Assembly (NCBI GenBank): GCA_963843145.1
Contig: CAWJJC010000027.1
Location: 160,001 to 224,000 of the forward strand
DNA length: 64,000 nt
Direction: 5' to 3'
Source of the DNA: an uncultured delta proteobacterium
Lineage (GTDB): Bacteria > Desulfobacterota > RBG-13-43-22
In this document: positions 1-10,582 of the stretch, one piece after another
Layout: every line of letters begins with the position of its first letter
How positions within the stretch are numbered: the first letter of the stretch is position 1
Translations under genes and position numbers: made by a program
The notes under the pieces: generated by a model
What the model saw: only the letters and a program-made list of their open reading frames with translations
The model's database searches: none
What the model was told of the DNA's origin: nothing

Positions 1-521
1 TCTTCCGACGGAACGACTTCTTCGATCTGGGGAATATGACGGGCGATTTGCTCTTCCAGTTCGCCGATTCCCACTCCGTGAAGCGCGGAGACCGGCAGCA
101 GGCTTTCGATGCCCAAGCGGTAAAAGTCACCCAGAATGTCCTCCCGCCCGGTATGGTCGATTTTGTTGACAGTATAAATGATCGGTTTGGTCGTCCGGCG
201 CAACCGCTCCATGACCATTTCGTCGGTGGGGGTTAGACCGACCTTTCCGTCTCCCACGAAAACAATCAGGTCGGCCTCTTCGAGGGCCACCTCGATCTGT
301 TCCTGCATCCCTTCCCCCAGCGGGGAAGAATGATCCCATTCAAACCCGCCGGTATCGACCAGGGTCAGGGACTTTCCCTCCCAGGACAACTCCTGGTAGT
401 TGCGGTCACGGGTGACCCCCGGCTGATCGTCCACTACGGCTTTCTTCCTCCGGCTCAAGCGATTGAAAAGGGTCGATTTGCCTACGTTCGGGGCCCCTAC
501 CAGGGCAACGATGAATCCCAT
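1..521 (-). CDS. der: Ribosome biogenesis GTPase Der/EngA, N-terminal part (runs off window start)
   Basis: Manual translation from ATG at 521: MGFIVALVGAPNVGKSTLFNRLSRRKKAVVDDQPGVTRDR...LVDTGG...VNKID, the GD1 motifs of Der; absent from the ORF track because it is truncated. Confidence 0.92.
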   Translation of the reverse strand, partial: MGFIVALVGAPNVGKSTLFNRLSRRKKAVVDDQPGVTRDRNYQELSWEGKSLTLVDTGGFEWDHSSPLGEGMQEQIEVALEEADLIVFVGDGKVGLTPTDEMVMERLRRTTKPIIYTVNKIDHTGREDILGDFYRLGIESLLPVSALHGVGIGELEEQIARHIPQIEEVVPSE

Positions 522-668
522 ATCCTTGGCCTCATATTAACAGTCTCATAATAGTATTTGCACGGGCTGTTCTTTTCATCTCTCGCCCGCTTCGCTCGAG
601 GACGCAGAGCAAGACGAATTATTTTTTTGAAAAATCGCTGAGAGGCCGATTTTTCAAAAGAACTCACA

Positions 669-1667
669 CTAAAGATCCGCCACAAATTTACGCAGCCGTC
701 GATAGGGTTTAAACTCTGGAAAGCCGACCCAGCGTTTCAAATTTCGAACGGCCGGGGGAAGGGATCGGGCGAAATGAAGCTTCCCCTTGACCTGGCTCAG
801 GAAACTGAAGGCCCCCAGGATCTGTAAATTACGCTGAAAACCGATGATCCGATAATGGGTCATGAAATCTGAAGCCTGGATCCCGGTTCTTTTTGAAAGT
901 TTCTGTAAATAAAAAATAATCAATTTCTCCTGAACGGAACGGGAAAGCCGCACATAGGGGTCGATCAAGAGGGAGGCCAAGTCGTACTGGGGCGGACCCA
1001 GCCGGCCTCCCTGAAAATCGATAAATCCAAACCCTTTCGGCAAAACCATAATATTACGCGATTGGAAGTCCCGGTAAAGGAAAAAACGCAATTTTTCCTG
1101 ATCCACCCGCAGGGCGACCTCCTTGAATTCGGCCAGGGTCGCCGAATCGATTTTCTCCCGGCCCAGGTATCGCCGGACAAAGAAGCGGAGAAAATATTCG
1201 GTTTCCCGTTCCCAGGAAAAACGACCATCGTAAACCGGGGTATCGTAACACTGCCTGGGATCAAAGCCCCGGGAACCATCCACCTGGATCCTCACCAGAT
1301 GCGTTAGTATTCTCTTGTAAATCTCCATTAAATCAGTTTTATTCGAATTTATCCAATCTTCCAGGGTGACATCCCCGAAATCCTCCAGCAAGAAAATTCC
1401 CAAGCGGCGATTGAAGTCTTTGAGGGCCGGAGTATGGATTCCCCGGGAAGCTAAATGGTGACCGATATAATCAAAGGAATCGTTTTCCGAGGGGATCCCT
1501 CTTCTTCCACCGGGATTGTCCACCAGGACGGCGGTTTTTGAACCCATCTTTACTCGGTACACCTTGCGGTCCGACCCGTCTCCTTTCAGGCAGTGAATGG
1601 GTATTCGGCCGGTATAGCCAAAAGCGGCCGGAAGTGTGGACTTCAAGTAATGGGTTAGCTTTCTCAT
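669..1667 (-). CDS. amgK: Phosphotransferase (APH/choline-kinase fold), likely anomeric MurNAc/GlcNAc kinase AmgK
   Basis: GDGSDRKVYR, EDFGD, YRDFQSRN, IDFQGGRLGPPQYDLASLL, QRNLQILGAF; next to a sugar-phosphate nucleotidyltransferase as in amgK-murU pairs. Confidence 0.75.
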   Translation of the reverse strand: MRKLTHYLKSTLPAAFGYTGRIPIHCLKGDGSDRKVYRVKMGSKTAVLVDNPGGRRGIPSENDSFDYIGHHLASRGIHTPALKDFNRRLGIFLLEDFGDVTLEDWINSNKTDLMEIYKRILTHLVRIQVDGSRGFDPRQCYDTPVYDGRFSWERETEYFLRFFVRRYLGREKIDSATLAEFKEVALRVDQEKLRFFLYRDFQSRNIMVLPKGFGFIDFQGGRLGPPQYDLASLLIDPYVRLSRSVQEKLIIFYLQKLSKRTGIQASDFMTHYRIIGFQRNLQILGAFSFLSQVKGKLHFARSLPPAVRNLKRWVGFPEFKPYRRLRKFVADL

Positions 1668-1744
1668 TTCGGCTTTTCAACAGATTTTGTGGGCGCCGAA
1701 TCGGGGCAACTCAGACTCCCATGCCAATCCAGGAAAAGAGATCT

Positions 1745-1896
1745 GCGTGTACGAGTAGGTGTACGAGTACGACGCTAACATTTCTGCTCCGCTATTCTCC
1801 AGTCAGGCTTCGCTGCCAGGCATCCAAAACCACTACTCCCGATTAGACCGTTTGCCCCCTGCGAGTTTCCGCACTCGTACACGTACTCGTACACGC
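1745..1896. repeat. Inverted-repeat element with 27-bp arms built from GTAC-containing hexamer units
   Basis: Left arm gcgtgtacgagtaggtgtacgagtacg (1745-1771); right arm 1870-1896 is its reverse complement at 25/27 positions; a related half arm lies near 54867-54896. Confidence 0.85.
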
Positions 1897-1935
1897 AAAT
1901 TCCGATTTTTCTTGATACCATCAAATAAGACCACC

Positions 1936-2078
1936 TCGCAAAAAGTCCAAAAACCTGTCATTGCTTCCCCCGGACTTGATCCGGGGGAAGCTAATCCCTA
2001 CCATGGTAACTAGCTGATTCTTGGGGATTGCTTCGTCGCTTCACTCCTCGCAATGACAGCGCTGGGGACTTTTTGCGA
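1936..2078. repeat. MITE-like palindromic element with tcgcaaaaagtcc/ggactttttgcga ends and internal REP-like hairpins
   Basis: Perfect 13-bp terminal inverted repeat; internal hairpin gcttcccccgga..tccgggggaagc and gtcattgc...gcaatgac; same termini recur at 19064-19118. Confidence 0.8.
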
Positions 2079-2083
2079 AACCA

Positions 2084-3037
2084 TCAAATAATATCTCCCA
2101 CCAAATCACTAGTAATCACTTGCCCTTCCGAGACGATGGCCCCGTCGATTCGAACCTCTTCCCGCACGGTGACCTGGTCCCAGAGGATGGTATTTCGCAG
2201 TCGACAGCCCTGACCCAGTCGGCAGTTTTCTCCCACGGCGCCCCACCCTTCCAAGCGCACCCCTTTTTCGATTCGAGCCCGCGGATGAAGGCACCAGCCC
2301 GGAGGACTCAATCCGACCTTCCGGCCGGGGTCGAAAAGCGCCAGGGTTTTACCGGTCAGGAAGTCCTGGTGCAAAGCCCGGTAAGATTCGAGGGTCCCCA
2401 TATCGCGCCAGTACGGCCCCTTGGTCCGGTAAGCCCAGACCGGTATTCCCTGGCGAATCAGGGCCTGATAAACCGGGATGATATCATAATAAGCCGGCGG
2501 CGGAAGATATTTAAAGATTTCGCGATTTAAAATATGAATACCGGTAAAAGTCCAGCGGCCCCCGGAAGGGGTACGCAACTCCCGGATCCGTCCCTGCTCA
2601 TCCACTACGATGTTATTGAAGGAGGGGTAATCGTGGACCACCAGCGTAACCGGTCCCTGATTTTTCCGGTGGAATTCGATGGCCGGAGACCAATCGATAT
2701 CCGTGAGGATATCGCCGTTCAACACCAAAAAGGGATCGGAGCGCCAGAACCCTTCGGTATTCTTAATCCCTCCCCCGGTCCCCAGGAGCGCCGGCTCCCG
2801 GAGGAGTTGGAGATCGACGAATCGGTCCCGATGCGCGGGTGGGGCCAGAAAGGATTCCATCTCTCCGAAAAGGTGATGGGAATTCAGTATGAGCCGCTGA
2901 ACCTCAAAACGAGCCAGGGTGTCAAAAATCCAGGCCAGCAAGGGGCGGTTGAGCAGCGGGAAGAGCGGCTTGGGTTTGTGAAGCGTTAACGGAAGTAGGC
3001 GGGTTCCTTTCCCCGCCGCCAAAACCATAGCCTCCAC
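2084..3037 (-). CDS. Sugar-1-phosphate nucleotidyltransferase (MurU/mannose-1-P guanylyltransferase family) with C-terminal left-handed beta-helix
   Basis: AMVLAAGKGTRLLPLT..KPKPL, LGTGGGIKN, NGDI, WRDMGT. Confidence 0.85.
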   Translation of the reverse strand: MEAMVLAAGKGTRLLPLTLHKPKPLFPLLNRPLLAWIFDTLARFEVQRLILNSHHLFGEMESFLAPPAHRDRFVDLQLLREPALLGTGGGIKNTEGFWRSDPFLVLNGDILTDIDWSPAIEFHRKNQGPVTLVVHDYPSFNNIVVDEQGRIRELRTPSGGRWTFTGIHILNREIFKYLPPPAYYDIIPVYQALIRQGIPVWAYRTKGPYWRDMGTLESYRALHQDFLTGKTLALFDPGRKVGLSPPGWCLHPRARIEKGVRLEGWGAVGENCRLGQGCRLRNTILWDQVTVREEVRIDGAIVSEGQVITSDLVGDII

Positions 3038-3072
3038 TGGGCGCCCTTTCCTTGATTCGGTCTGGGACCGGG

Positions 3073-3777
3073 TTAGATGCCCAGATAGGCTTCCTTGACA
3101 TGGGGATTGTTGAGGAGGTCCCGGCCGGTACCCTCCAGCACGATGCGGCCGTTTTCCAACACGTAGGCCCGGTCGCAGAAGGCCAGAGTGTTCTTGACAT
3201 TCTGTTCCACCAGGAGGATGGTCACACCTTCCTCATTGATTCGTTGGGCAATGCGGAAGATTTCCTGGACCAGGATGGGGGCCAGACCCAGGGAGGGCTC
3301 ATCCAGGAGCAGAATCTCCGGAAGGGACATCAAGCCCCGGCCGATGGCGCACATCTGTTGTTCTCCGCCGCTCATGGTCCGGGACTGCTGTTTACGGCGC
3401 TCCTCCAGGCGGGGGAAAAGCCGGTAGACCTCCTTGAGGGACTCCTGGCGTTTGGCCTTGGCCTTGGAACTCAGGGAGCCCATAATCAAGTTTTCCTCCA
3501 CGGTCATCTCCGGGAAAAGCCGGCGTCCTTCGGGCACATGGGCCAATCCCAGATCGATCATCTTGTAGGCCGGGACCTTATTCAAGGATTGCCCTTTAAA
3601 TTCGATGGACCCCTTAGAAGGCCGCAGGAGTCCCGAGATGGTCCGCAGGGTGGTGGACTTCCCGGACCCGTTGGCCCCGATCAGGACCAGGATTTCCTTG
3701 TCCTGGACCTCAAAGGAAACATCCCAGAGGACCTGGACGTCCCCGTAGGAAACATCGATATGGTTGACTTTAAGCAT
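3073..3777 (-). CDS. livF: Branched-chain amino acid-type ABC transporter ATPase (LivF)
   Basis: GANGSGKST, VPEGRRLF, MSGGEQQM, LLLDEPSLGLAP. Confidence 0.93.
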   Translation of the reverse strand: MLKVNHIDVSYGDVQVLWDVSFEVQDKEILVLIGANGSGKSTTLRTISGLLRPSKGSIEFKGQSLNKVPAYKMIDLGLAHVPEGRRLFPEMTVEENLIMGSLSSKAKAKRQESLKEVYRLFPRLEERRKQQSRTMSGGEQQMCAIGRGLMSLPEILLLDEPSLGLAPILVQEIFRIAQRINEEGVTILLVEQNVKNTLAFCDRAYVLENGRIVLEGTGRDLLNNPHVKEAYLGI

Positions 3778-4492
3778 GGTCTTCCTCCCCCAGGTAGGCC
3801 TCGATCACCTGCGGGTCCCGGGCGATCTCTTCCGGGGTCCCGGCGGCAATAGGCTGGCCGTAATTGATGGCCAGGATGCGCTGGGAGATGGTCATCATCA
3901 CCTTCATGATATGCTCGATAATGAGGATCGTTACACCCCGGCGGTTGATCTCCTTGATCAATTCAATGGCCAGATCCACTTCCTTGGGCGTCAGGCCGGC
4001 ACAGGTCTCATCCAGCAGCAGGATTTTCGGCTGAGTGGCCATGGCCCGGGTGATCTCCAGCCGTTTGCGCAGCCCGATGGGCAAGCCCTTGGCCTGCTGG
4101 TCTTTGTAGGCCATGAGCCCGCAAAAATCGATCATCTCCAGGGCCAGCTTTTGGGCCGCCTTGATCGAGTTCACCCGGCAGAAGGCCGAGGCGGTCACAT
4201 TCTCCAGCACGGTCAGGCGGGCCAGGGGTTTGACCACCTGAAAAGTCCGGGCGATGCCGAGATGGCATATTTTATGGGTCTTCAGGTTTTTGATGGACCG
4301 ATCGCCGAAGAGGACGTCGCCGGAGGTCAGGGGAAAATAGTTGTTGATTAAATTGAAGATGGTGGTCTTTCCTGAGCCGTTCGGCCCGATCAAGCCGAAG
4401 ATTTCCCCCTGCTCGATCCGGAAGCTGACCCCGTTCACGGCCGCCAGTCCTCCAAAGTACTTAACCAGATTCTTCGCTTCGAAAATGATCAT
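3770..4492 (-). CDS. livG: Branched-chain amino acid-type ABC transporter ATPase (LivG)
   Basis: GPNGSGKTT, IARTFQ, LLDE, IEH, VIEAYLG; start moved to ATG 4492 (ATGA overlap with livM stop). Confidence 0.92.
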   Translation of the reverse strand: MIIFEAKNLVKYFGGLAAVNGVSFRIEQGEIFGLIGPNGSGKTTIFNLINNYFPLTSGDVLFGDRSIKNLKTHKICHLGIARTFQVVKPLARLTVLENVTASAFCRVNSIKAAQKLALEMIDFCGLMAYKDQQAKGLPIGLRKRLEITRAMATQPKILLLDETCAGLTPKEVDLAIELIKEINRRGVTILIIEHIMKVMMTISQRILAINYGQPIAAGTPEEIARDPQVIEAYLGEEDHA

Positions 4493-5463
4493 GAAGCCGC
4501 CTCCGGAGATTTCCTGATGAAAAGCCGTTTGATCTTGGACCAGTCCCCCACCACCCCGTTGGACATGAACAGGATAGTCAGAACCACCAGGATGCCGAAG
4601 GCCATGGCATGACCCTGGCCGACCCATTTGGGCGCCAGACCGAAAATAGCGGTCCGAAAAAGTTCCTGAATCCCGACCATGATCAAGGCGCCGATAGCCG
4701 GCCCCCAGATGGTGGCCACCCCGCCGATAATGCCCACCAGGATAGCCTGGATCGAAATGTCATGGAGCGAAAAGACCACCGAGGGATCGATGAAGCCCAT
4801 GTAATTCAGATAAAAGGCCCCCACCGTCCCGGTGAAGAAGGAACTGATCAAAAAGGAGATATTTTTATACAGGGTGGTATTGATTCCCAGGGACTCGGCC
4901 GCATCCTGATCCTCCCGGATGGCGACGAAATAATAGCCCCATTTGGAATTCATGACCAGGGAAATGACCCCCAAACAGCAGGCCGCCAATCCCAGCACCA
5001 TATAGTAGTAGGGAAGTTTACTGGAAAAGGTCTGCATGATCAGGATCCCGACCATGCCTTCGGTAAAATTCACCCAATTGTTGGCGATGAGACGCAGGAT
5101 CTCCCCGGTGGCCAGAGTGGCCAGGGCGAAATAGGGCCCTCGCAGGCGGAAGCAGAGATAGCCGATAACCAGGGCCAGGACCATGGCCGTCCAACCGCCC
5201 AAGAGCAGGCCCCACCAGGGTGAAAGCTCCAGTTTGGTAAACAGGATCCCGGCCGTATAGGCCCCGATCCCGAAAAAAGCCGCCTGACCAAAGGAGACTT
5301 GCCCGGTATACCCGGCGATCAAATTCCAGCAGGAACCGATGATCACCCACATCAACACCAGGATCAGGAGGTGAATGTAATAGTCCTGCTTGATAAACAG
5401 GGGCAGGATCCCGGCGATCACCAGAACCACCAGCGCCTTGAGGAGACCCAACGACGATTTCAT
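4489..5463 (-). CDS. livM: ABC transporter permease (LivM)
   Basis: GYTGQVSFGQAAFFGIGAY, LRGPYFALATLA, AIREDQDAAESLGIN. Confidence 0.92.
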   Translation of the reverse strand: MKSSLGLLKALVVLVIAGILPLFIKQDYYIHLLILVLMWVIIGSCWNLIAGYTGQVSFGQAAFFGIGAYTAGILFTKLELSPWWGLLLGGWTAMVLALVIGYLCFRLRGPYFALATLATGEILRLIANNWVNFTEGMVGILIMQTFSSKLPYYYMVLGLAACCLGVISLVMNSKWGYYFVAIREDQDAAESLGINTTLYKNISFLISSFFTGTVGAFYLNYMGFIDPSVVFSLHDISIQAILVGIIGGVATIWGPAIGALIMVGIQELFRTAIFGLAPKWVGQGHAMAFGILVVLTILFMSNGVVGDWSKIKRLFIRKSPEAAS

Positions 5464-5475
5464 CTCTTTCTCCCC

Positions 5476-6351
5476 CTAAATCTTGGTGAAGCGTTTTAAT
5501 CCTCCGGGTATAAAAATCAGCACCAGGAGGAAAATGACCATGCCGACCGCGTCCTTGTAACCCATGGAAATATAGGTAGCCCCCAGAGACTCGGCGATTC
5601 CCAGGGTCAGCCCCCCCAGGATGGCCCCTACCGTACTCCCCATCCCTCCCAGGATTGTGATGACGAAGGCCTTCAAGGTGAAGGGCCCGCCCAGGTCCGG
5701 AAAAAGATAATAGATCGGCAGGAGAAGGGTCCCGGCGGCGGCCGTCAAGGCGGCCCCCAGACCGTAGGTGGCGTAGGTTATCTTTTGCTGATTGATGCCC
5801 ATCAGGACCGCGGCATCTTTATCCTGCGCCGTGGCCCGGATGGCCCGGCCGGTATCCGTTTTCATCAAAAAGAAAAAGAGGCCGATGGTGATGCCGATGG
5901 CAATCAGAAAGGCTATGGCCAGGGGGAAATTAAAGGAGAGCTGCCCCAGGTGAAAGGCCTTATTGGAATACCCGGTGCGGACCGACTGATAATTGGAGGA
6001 AAAAATAAAGCGCATCGCTTCAGTCAAACAGATACCGATTCCCACGGTCATCAGCACCTGGTTTTCGGGAAGGATGGAATCCCGCCCCATTAAGGGGACC
6101 AATAGATATTTGCCGATGTAAAAGGAGATAAAAAAAAGGACCGGCATGCTGACCACCAGGGACAGGTAAGGATCCATGCCAAAGTATTTGAAACAGACGA
6201 AGGTAACATACATGGCGACCATCATGATCTGTCCGTGAGCCAGGTTGATGATTCCCATGACCCCCATGATCAGGGTCATGCCGATCCCGATCAAGGCATA
6301 GAGGCCTCCGATCAAGATTCCCGCGACGATGGTTTGGGTGAAGACTAACAT
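5476..6351 (-). CDS. livH: ABC transporter permease (LivH)
   Basis: GGLYALIGIGMTLIMGVMGIINLAHG, GRAIRATAQD, ILGGMGS. Confidence 0.92.
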   Translation of the reverse strand: MLVFTQTIVAGILIGGLYALIGIGMTLIMGVMGIINLAHGQIMMVAMYVTFVCFKYFGMDPYLSLVVSMPVLFFISFYIGKYLLVPLMGRDSILPENQVLMTVGIGICLTEAMRFIFSSNYQSVRTGYSNKAFHLGQLSFNFPLAIAFLIAIGITIGLFFFLMKTDTGRAIRATAQDKDAAVLMGINQQKITYATYGLGAALTAAAGTLLLPIYYLFPDLGGPFTLKAFVITILGGMGSTVGAILGGLTLGIAESLGATYISMGYKDAVGMVIFLLVLIFIPGGLKRFTKI

Positions 6352-6426
6352 GGCCGCTTCCTTATGCCAGGAAAGGATTCGGAACGGGGCCGGCTGCCCA
6401 GCCGGCCCCGCGTTGAAAAGGAGAGA

Positions 6427-7632
6427 TTAACGATTTTTCCAGGGTTTGTGGGGGAAAATATAGGGAGTCTTGGCGACATTTTTCGGCCAAACACATTCCA
6501 GTTTTCCCTTAATCCATTGCACCAGGTAGGTAGGAACTTCGTTTTGATTGGTCATCTTGCCGTAGTTGGCGAATTTCACCTTGCCGAATACGGTCATCAG
6601 GTCGGTGGCGGACAGGGCCTGGCGGATATCTTCCGAGGAAAACGTCTTGGCCCTTTTCAGCACGTCGGCGATGACTTGCATGGCCGCATAGGCTTCGGCC
6701 CCGTGATATTCCGTGGTTTTCCCATAGGTTTTTTTGTAGTTATTGTAATAATCCATGGCTCCGGGGTAAGGGAGCGAAGGCACCCAGAGGTCGGCCGAAA
6801 AGACCCCTTCCGCGGCCTTACCGGCATTCTGATAAAATTCGGGCAGCGTGAATCCGGCCCCGCCGCCGACGAACAATTTTGGGTTAATATCCAGCTCCAT
6901 GGATTGGCGCATGATCAAAGAAGCGTCCATGACGTAGGAGATCATGTAGACCAAATCGGGGTTGCCGTTCTTGACTTTGATCAGCAGCGGCTTGAAATCG
7001 ACTGCTCCGTGCTCGTACCCTTCTTTCAGGAGCACCTGGATCCCTAAATTTTTCAGGGTTTTTTCGACTTCTTTGGAGCCGCTGGTTCCAAAAAGAGTAT
7101 TTTCAAATAAGATCACCGCGGTTTTGGGCTTGGCCACATCCTTAAAAAAGCTCTCGGCCGCCGAGGCATATTCACTGACCGGCGGATTGAGGCGGTAGAC
7201 GTAATTCCATCCCTGCTCGGTAATTTTATCCGCCGACCCGGTGTTAATTAAAAAGGGAACTTTCTTCTGTTGGGCTACCCCGGAAATGGCAAAGGTCTCC
7301 GAACTGCCGTAGCCTCCCCCCAACATGACCACGTTATCCTTGGACAGCAATTTCTCGGCCGCCGATCGGGCGATGTCCGGCTTACCGGTATCGTCTTCAA
7401 AGAGGAGTTCAATCTTCTTGCCCTTCACGCCACCCGCCTTGTTGATTTCATTCAGGGACATGACAAAAGAATTTTTTTCAATTTCTCCGAACTTGGCCTT
7501 TTCACCGGTCATGGGCAGGATGATGCCCACTTTGATGACGTTTTGGGCAGCCACCGGCCCTGCCCCAGCGATCAAAGTGATAGAGAACGTCACCACTAAC
7601 GACACCGCCAACCATAGCTTCCATTTGCTCAT
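6427..7632 (-). CDS. LivK/LivJ-family periplasmic substrate-binding protein
   Basis: Signal peptide, IKVGIILPMTG, INKAGGVKGKKIELLFEDD; first gene of the liv operon. Confidence 0.9.
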   Translation of the reverse strand: MSKWKLWLAVSLVVTFSITLIAGAGPVAAQNVIKVGIILPMTGEKAKFGEIEKNSFVMSLNEINKAGGVKGKKIELLFEDDTGKPDIARSAAEKLLSKDNVVMLGGGYGSSETFAISGVAQQKKVPFLINTGSADKITEQGWNYVYRLNPPVSEYASAAESFFKDVAKPKTAVILFENTLFGTSGSKEVEKTLKNLGIQVLLKEGYEHGAVDFKPLLIKVKNGNPDLVYMISYVMDASLIMRQSMELDINPKLFVGGGAGFTLPEFYQNAGKAAEGVFSADLWVPSLPYPGAMDYYNNYKKTYGKTTEYHGAEAYAAMQVIADVLKRAKTFSSEDIRQALSATDLMTVFGKVKFANYGKMTNQNEVPTYLVQWIKGKLECVWPKNVAKTPYIFPHKPWKNR

Positions 7633-8158
7633 GATTTCTCTTCCTCCTTCTATTTGGAATTTTTATTCTTCTGCGGGTTTTCTGCCGGGAATCAACGGGA
7701 GTAATTTCAGGAACGACTTCACCCGAGAGCCGGACCCCTTCGGGTTTTTCGCTTTCCAACTTTCAAACAGGGGCGCGTGTTCTTCCGCCTTGTCTAGCCC
7801 TGCGTGACACCCCATCGGTTTTTATTTTATCAGAGCCCGTAATAAATGGCAAAAATTTTTTCGAGGATTATCCCGGATCGCTGGGCCTGACCAGAGGAAT
7901 CCCCTGGAACTGGAATATCCACCGAACCTTCTATTTGCATACTAACCCCTCGGATGACCGCCGGCCGAAAAAGTCGAACGACCCCCGGCTATTATGGTAC
8001 GCACAGGGATGAAAATTCGTCAAGAACTATGTTTTTCAAAAGGGGGGGCCGACCTGGCCCCCCTTGGCAAAACACTTGACGAAACGGCGGCCGGGCGTTT
8101 ACACTTAGCCGTTGTCTTGAAAGATCAAATCGAAAGGATTACGGCTTTTACCCGGACT

Positions 8159-10582
8159 ATGGCCACTCAGGATCTGGACTTTGAATTGGAAAAGACCATC
8201 GGGGAAAACCTGCAGGAGTTGACCATTCCCGAAATTCTTCCGCTGCTCCCGGTGCGGGATGTGGTGATTTTTTCCAATATGATCTTGCCGTTGATTGTTT
8301 CCCGGGAAGGGTCCATCCAGGCCGTGGAAAAGGCCCTGGTCCAGGACCGCCTGGTATTCCTGGTGGCCCAGAAAACCCAAACCCAGGAAGATCCGGAACC
8401 GGAAGACCTTTATGCCGTCGGCAGCGTAGCCTTGATCTTACGGATGATGAAACTCAACGATGGGCGGTTAAAGATTCTGGTTCAAGGTATTTCCCGGGCC
8501 GAGACCCTGGAGTTTATCGAGCAGCGCCCCTCCTTCCGGGTTCAGATCAAAGCCCTTCCCGACCTGGAAGTGACCCGGGAGCCGGTGGAAACCGAAGCCC
8601 TGATGCGCAATGTGCGGGAGCAAAGTGAAAAAATCCTCTCTCTCAAGGGTTTGCTCTCCCAGGATGTTATTGCCATATTGAACAGCGTGGAGGAGCCCGG
8701 CCTGCTGGCCGACCTGGTGGCCTCCAACCTGCGTCTAAAAATCGATGAATTCCAGCGGCTTCTGGAGTTGGTCGACCCTCTGGAGCGGCTGGAAAAGGTC
8801 TACGAGCACTTAGGCAAGGAATTGGAAGTTTCCACGGTCCAGGCCCGCATTCAATCCGAGGCCAAGGATGAAATGTCCAAAAGCCAGCGGGAATATTTTC
8901 TACGAGAACAAATGCAGGCCATTCGCCGGGAACTGGGGGAGTATGACGAACGCCAGCAGGAAGTAACCGAGTACCGGGCCAAGATCAAGAAACTGCACCT
9001 GTCTAAAGAAACCGAGGCCGAGGCCCTGAAACAATTGGCTCGGCTGGAGCAGATGCATTCCGAATCGGCCGAAATTTCCATCGTCCGCACCTACCTGGAC
9101 TGGATCGTCAGTCTGCCCTGGGATAAAAAGACTCGGGACAAAATCGATGTCCGTTCCGCCCAAAAAATATTGGATGAAGACCACTATGATCTGGAAAAGG
9201 TTAAAGACCGGATTCTGGAATATTTAAGCGTCCGGAAACTAAACCCCAAAATGAAGGGGCCCATCCTCTGCTTCGTGGGTCCGCCCGGGGTTGGGAAGAC
9301 GTCTCTGGGACGTTCCATCGCCCGAGCCCTGGGTCGAAAATTCATCCGTATTTCCCTGGGCGGAGTCCGGGACGAAGCCGAAATTCGAGGGCACCGCCGG
9401 ACGTATATCGGGGCCATGCCGGGACGCATTTTATACGGGTTGAAACAGGTAGGGGTGAACAACCCGGTTTTTATGATGGATGAAATTGATAAACTCGGGG
9501 CCGATTACCGGGGCAACCCGGCCGCCGCCCTGCTGGAAGTCCTGGATCCCGAACAAAACTTCGCCTTCAGCGATCATTACCTCAGCCTCCCTTTTGACTT
9601 GTCCTCGGTCATGTTCATTACCACGGCCAACATAACCGATCCGATCCCCTCGGCTTTGCGGGACCGGATGGAGATCATCGAGATTCCCGGCTATTCCGAT
9701 GACGAAAAACTTCATATCGCCCTTTCGTATCTCTGGCCGCGCCAGGTCCGGGAGCACGGTTTGAACCCGACACAGCCGACGATCCATAGCCAGTCCCTGC
9801 TGAAGATCATTAACGAGTACACGGAAGAAGCCGGACTTCGCAATCTGGAGAAAGAGCTGGGGGCCATTTGCCGGAAAATCGCCCGGAAGGTGGCCGAAGG
9901 GGAAACGAGTGCTTTCAAGGTCACTCCCAAGACGTTGCACCGCTATTTAGGCCCTCCCGTGTTTTTACCCGACGAGATCCGTAAGAATCATGAAGTGGGG
10001 GTAGCCACCGGCTTGGCTTGGACGCCCAGCGGGGGTGAAGTATTATACGTGGAAACGACGATCATGAAAGGCAAAGGCAATTTCCAGCTTACCGGACAAT
10101 TGGGAGAAGTGATGAAGGAATCGGCCCAGGCCGCCCTCAGTTATGCCCGCTCCCGCAGTCGTCAACTCCACTTGAACGAATCCGATTTCGACCTGCTGGA
10201 TATCCATATCCACGTTCCGGCCGGGGCCATTCCCAAGGACGGCCCGTCAGCCGGCATCACCCTGGCCGTCTCCCTGGTTTCCGCTTTGACCAAAATTCCG
10301 GTCAACAAAGATATCGCCATGACCGGTGAAATCACCTTGCGGGGAAAAGTGCTGCCGATCGGGGGTTTAAAGGAAAAAACCTTGGCCGCGATTCGGAACA
10401 AAATCAAAATCCTGATTATTCCCGAACAGAACCAGAAGGATTTGGCCGAGATTCCCCGGCCCATTCGACGCCGCCTGCAATTTGTTTTGGTCCGGAATAT
10501 GGACCAGGTCATCGAACAAGCCCTGATCAAAAAACCCGGCCCAAAAAAGAAAGCCGCGATTCGAAAGGGACCCCGGGCATGA
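8159..10582 (+). CDS. lon: ATP-dependent Lon protease (LonA)
   Basis: [15 protein letters not shown] domain, [28 protein letters not shown] catalytic Ser, GGLKEK; start likely ATG 8159 (ORF track 7994). Confidence 0.97.
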   Translation: MATQDLDFELEKTIGENLQELTIPEILPLLPVRDVVIFSNMILPLIVSREGSIQAVEKALVQDRLVFLVAQKTQTQEDPEPEDLYAVGSVALILRMMKLNDGRLKILVQGISRAETLEFIEQRPSFRVQIKALPDLEVTREPVETEALMRNVREQSEKILSLKGLLSQDVIAILNSVEEPGLLADLVASNLRLKIDEFQRLLELVDPLERLEKVYEHLGKELEVSTVQARIQSEAKDEMSKSQREYFLREQMQAIRRELGEYDERQQEVTEYRAKIKKLHLSKETEAEALKQLARLEQMHSESAEISIVRTYLDWIVSLPWDKKTRDKIDVRSAQKILDEDHYDLEKVKDRILEYLSVRKLNPKMKGPILCFVGPPGVGKTSLGRSIARALGRKFIRISLGGVRDEAEIRGHRRTYIGAMPGRILYGLKQVGVNNPVFMMDEIDKLGADYRGNPAAALLEVLDPEQNFAFSDHYLSLPFDLSSVMFITTANITDPIPSALRDRMEIIEIPGYSDDEKLHIALSYLWPRQVREHGLNPTQPTIHSQSLLKIINEYTEEAGLRNLEKELGAICRKIARKVAEGETSAFKVTPKTLHRYLGPPVFLPDEIRKNHEVGVATGLAWTPSGGEVLYVETTIMKGKGNFQLTGQLGEVMKESAQAALSYARSRSRQLHLNESDFDLLDIHIHVPAGAIPKDGPSAGITLAVSLVSALTKIPVNKDIAMTGEITLRGKVLPIGGLKEKTLAAIRNKIKILIIPEQNQKDLAEIPRPIRRRLQFVLVRNMDQVIEQALIKKPGPKKKAAIRKGPRA

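Noticed and set aside
3052-3852. Long antisense ORFs (for example 3052-3852, 26800-27702, 28753-29628)
   Set aside because: Shadow frames of well-supported genes on the opposite strand in GC-rich DNA, with no motifs of their own
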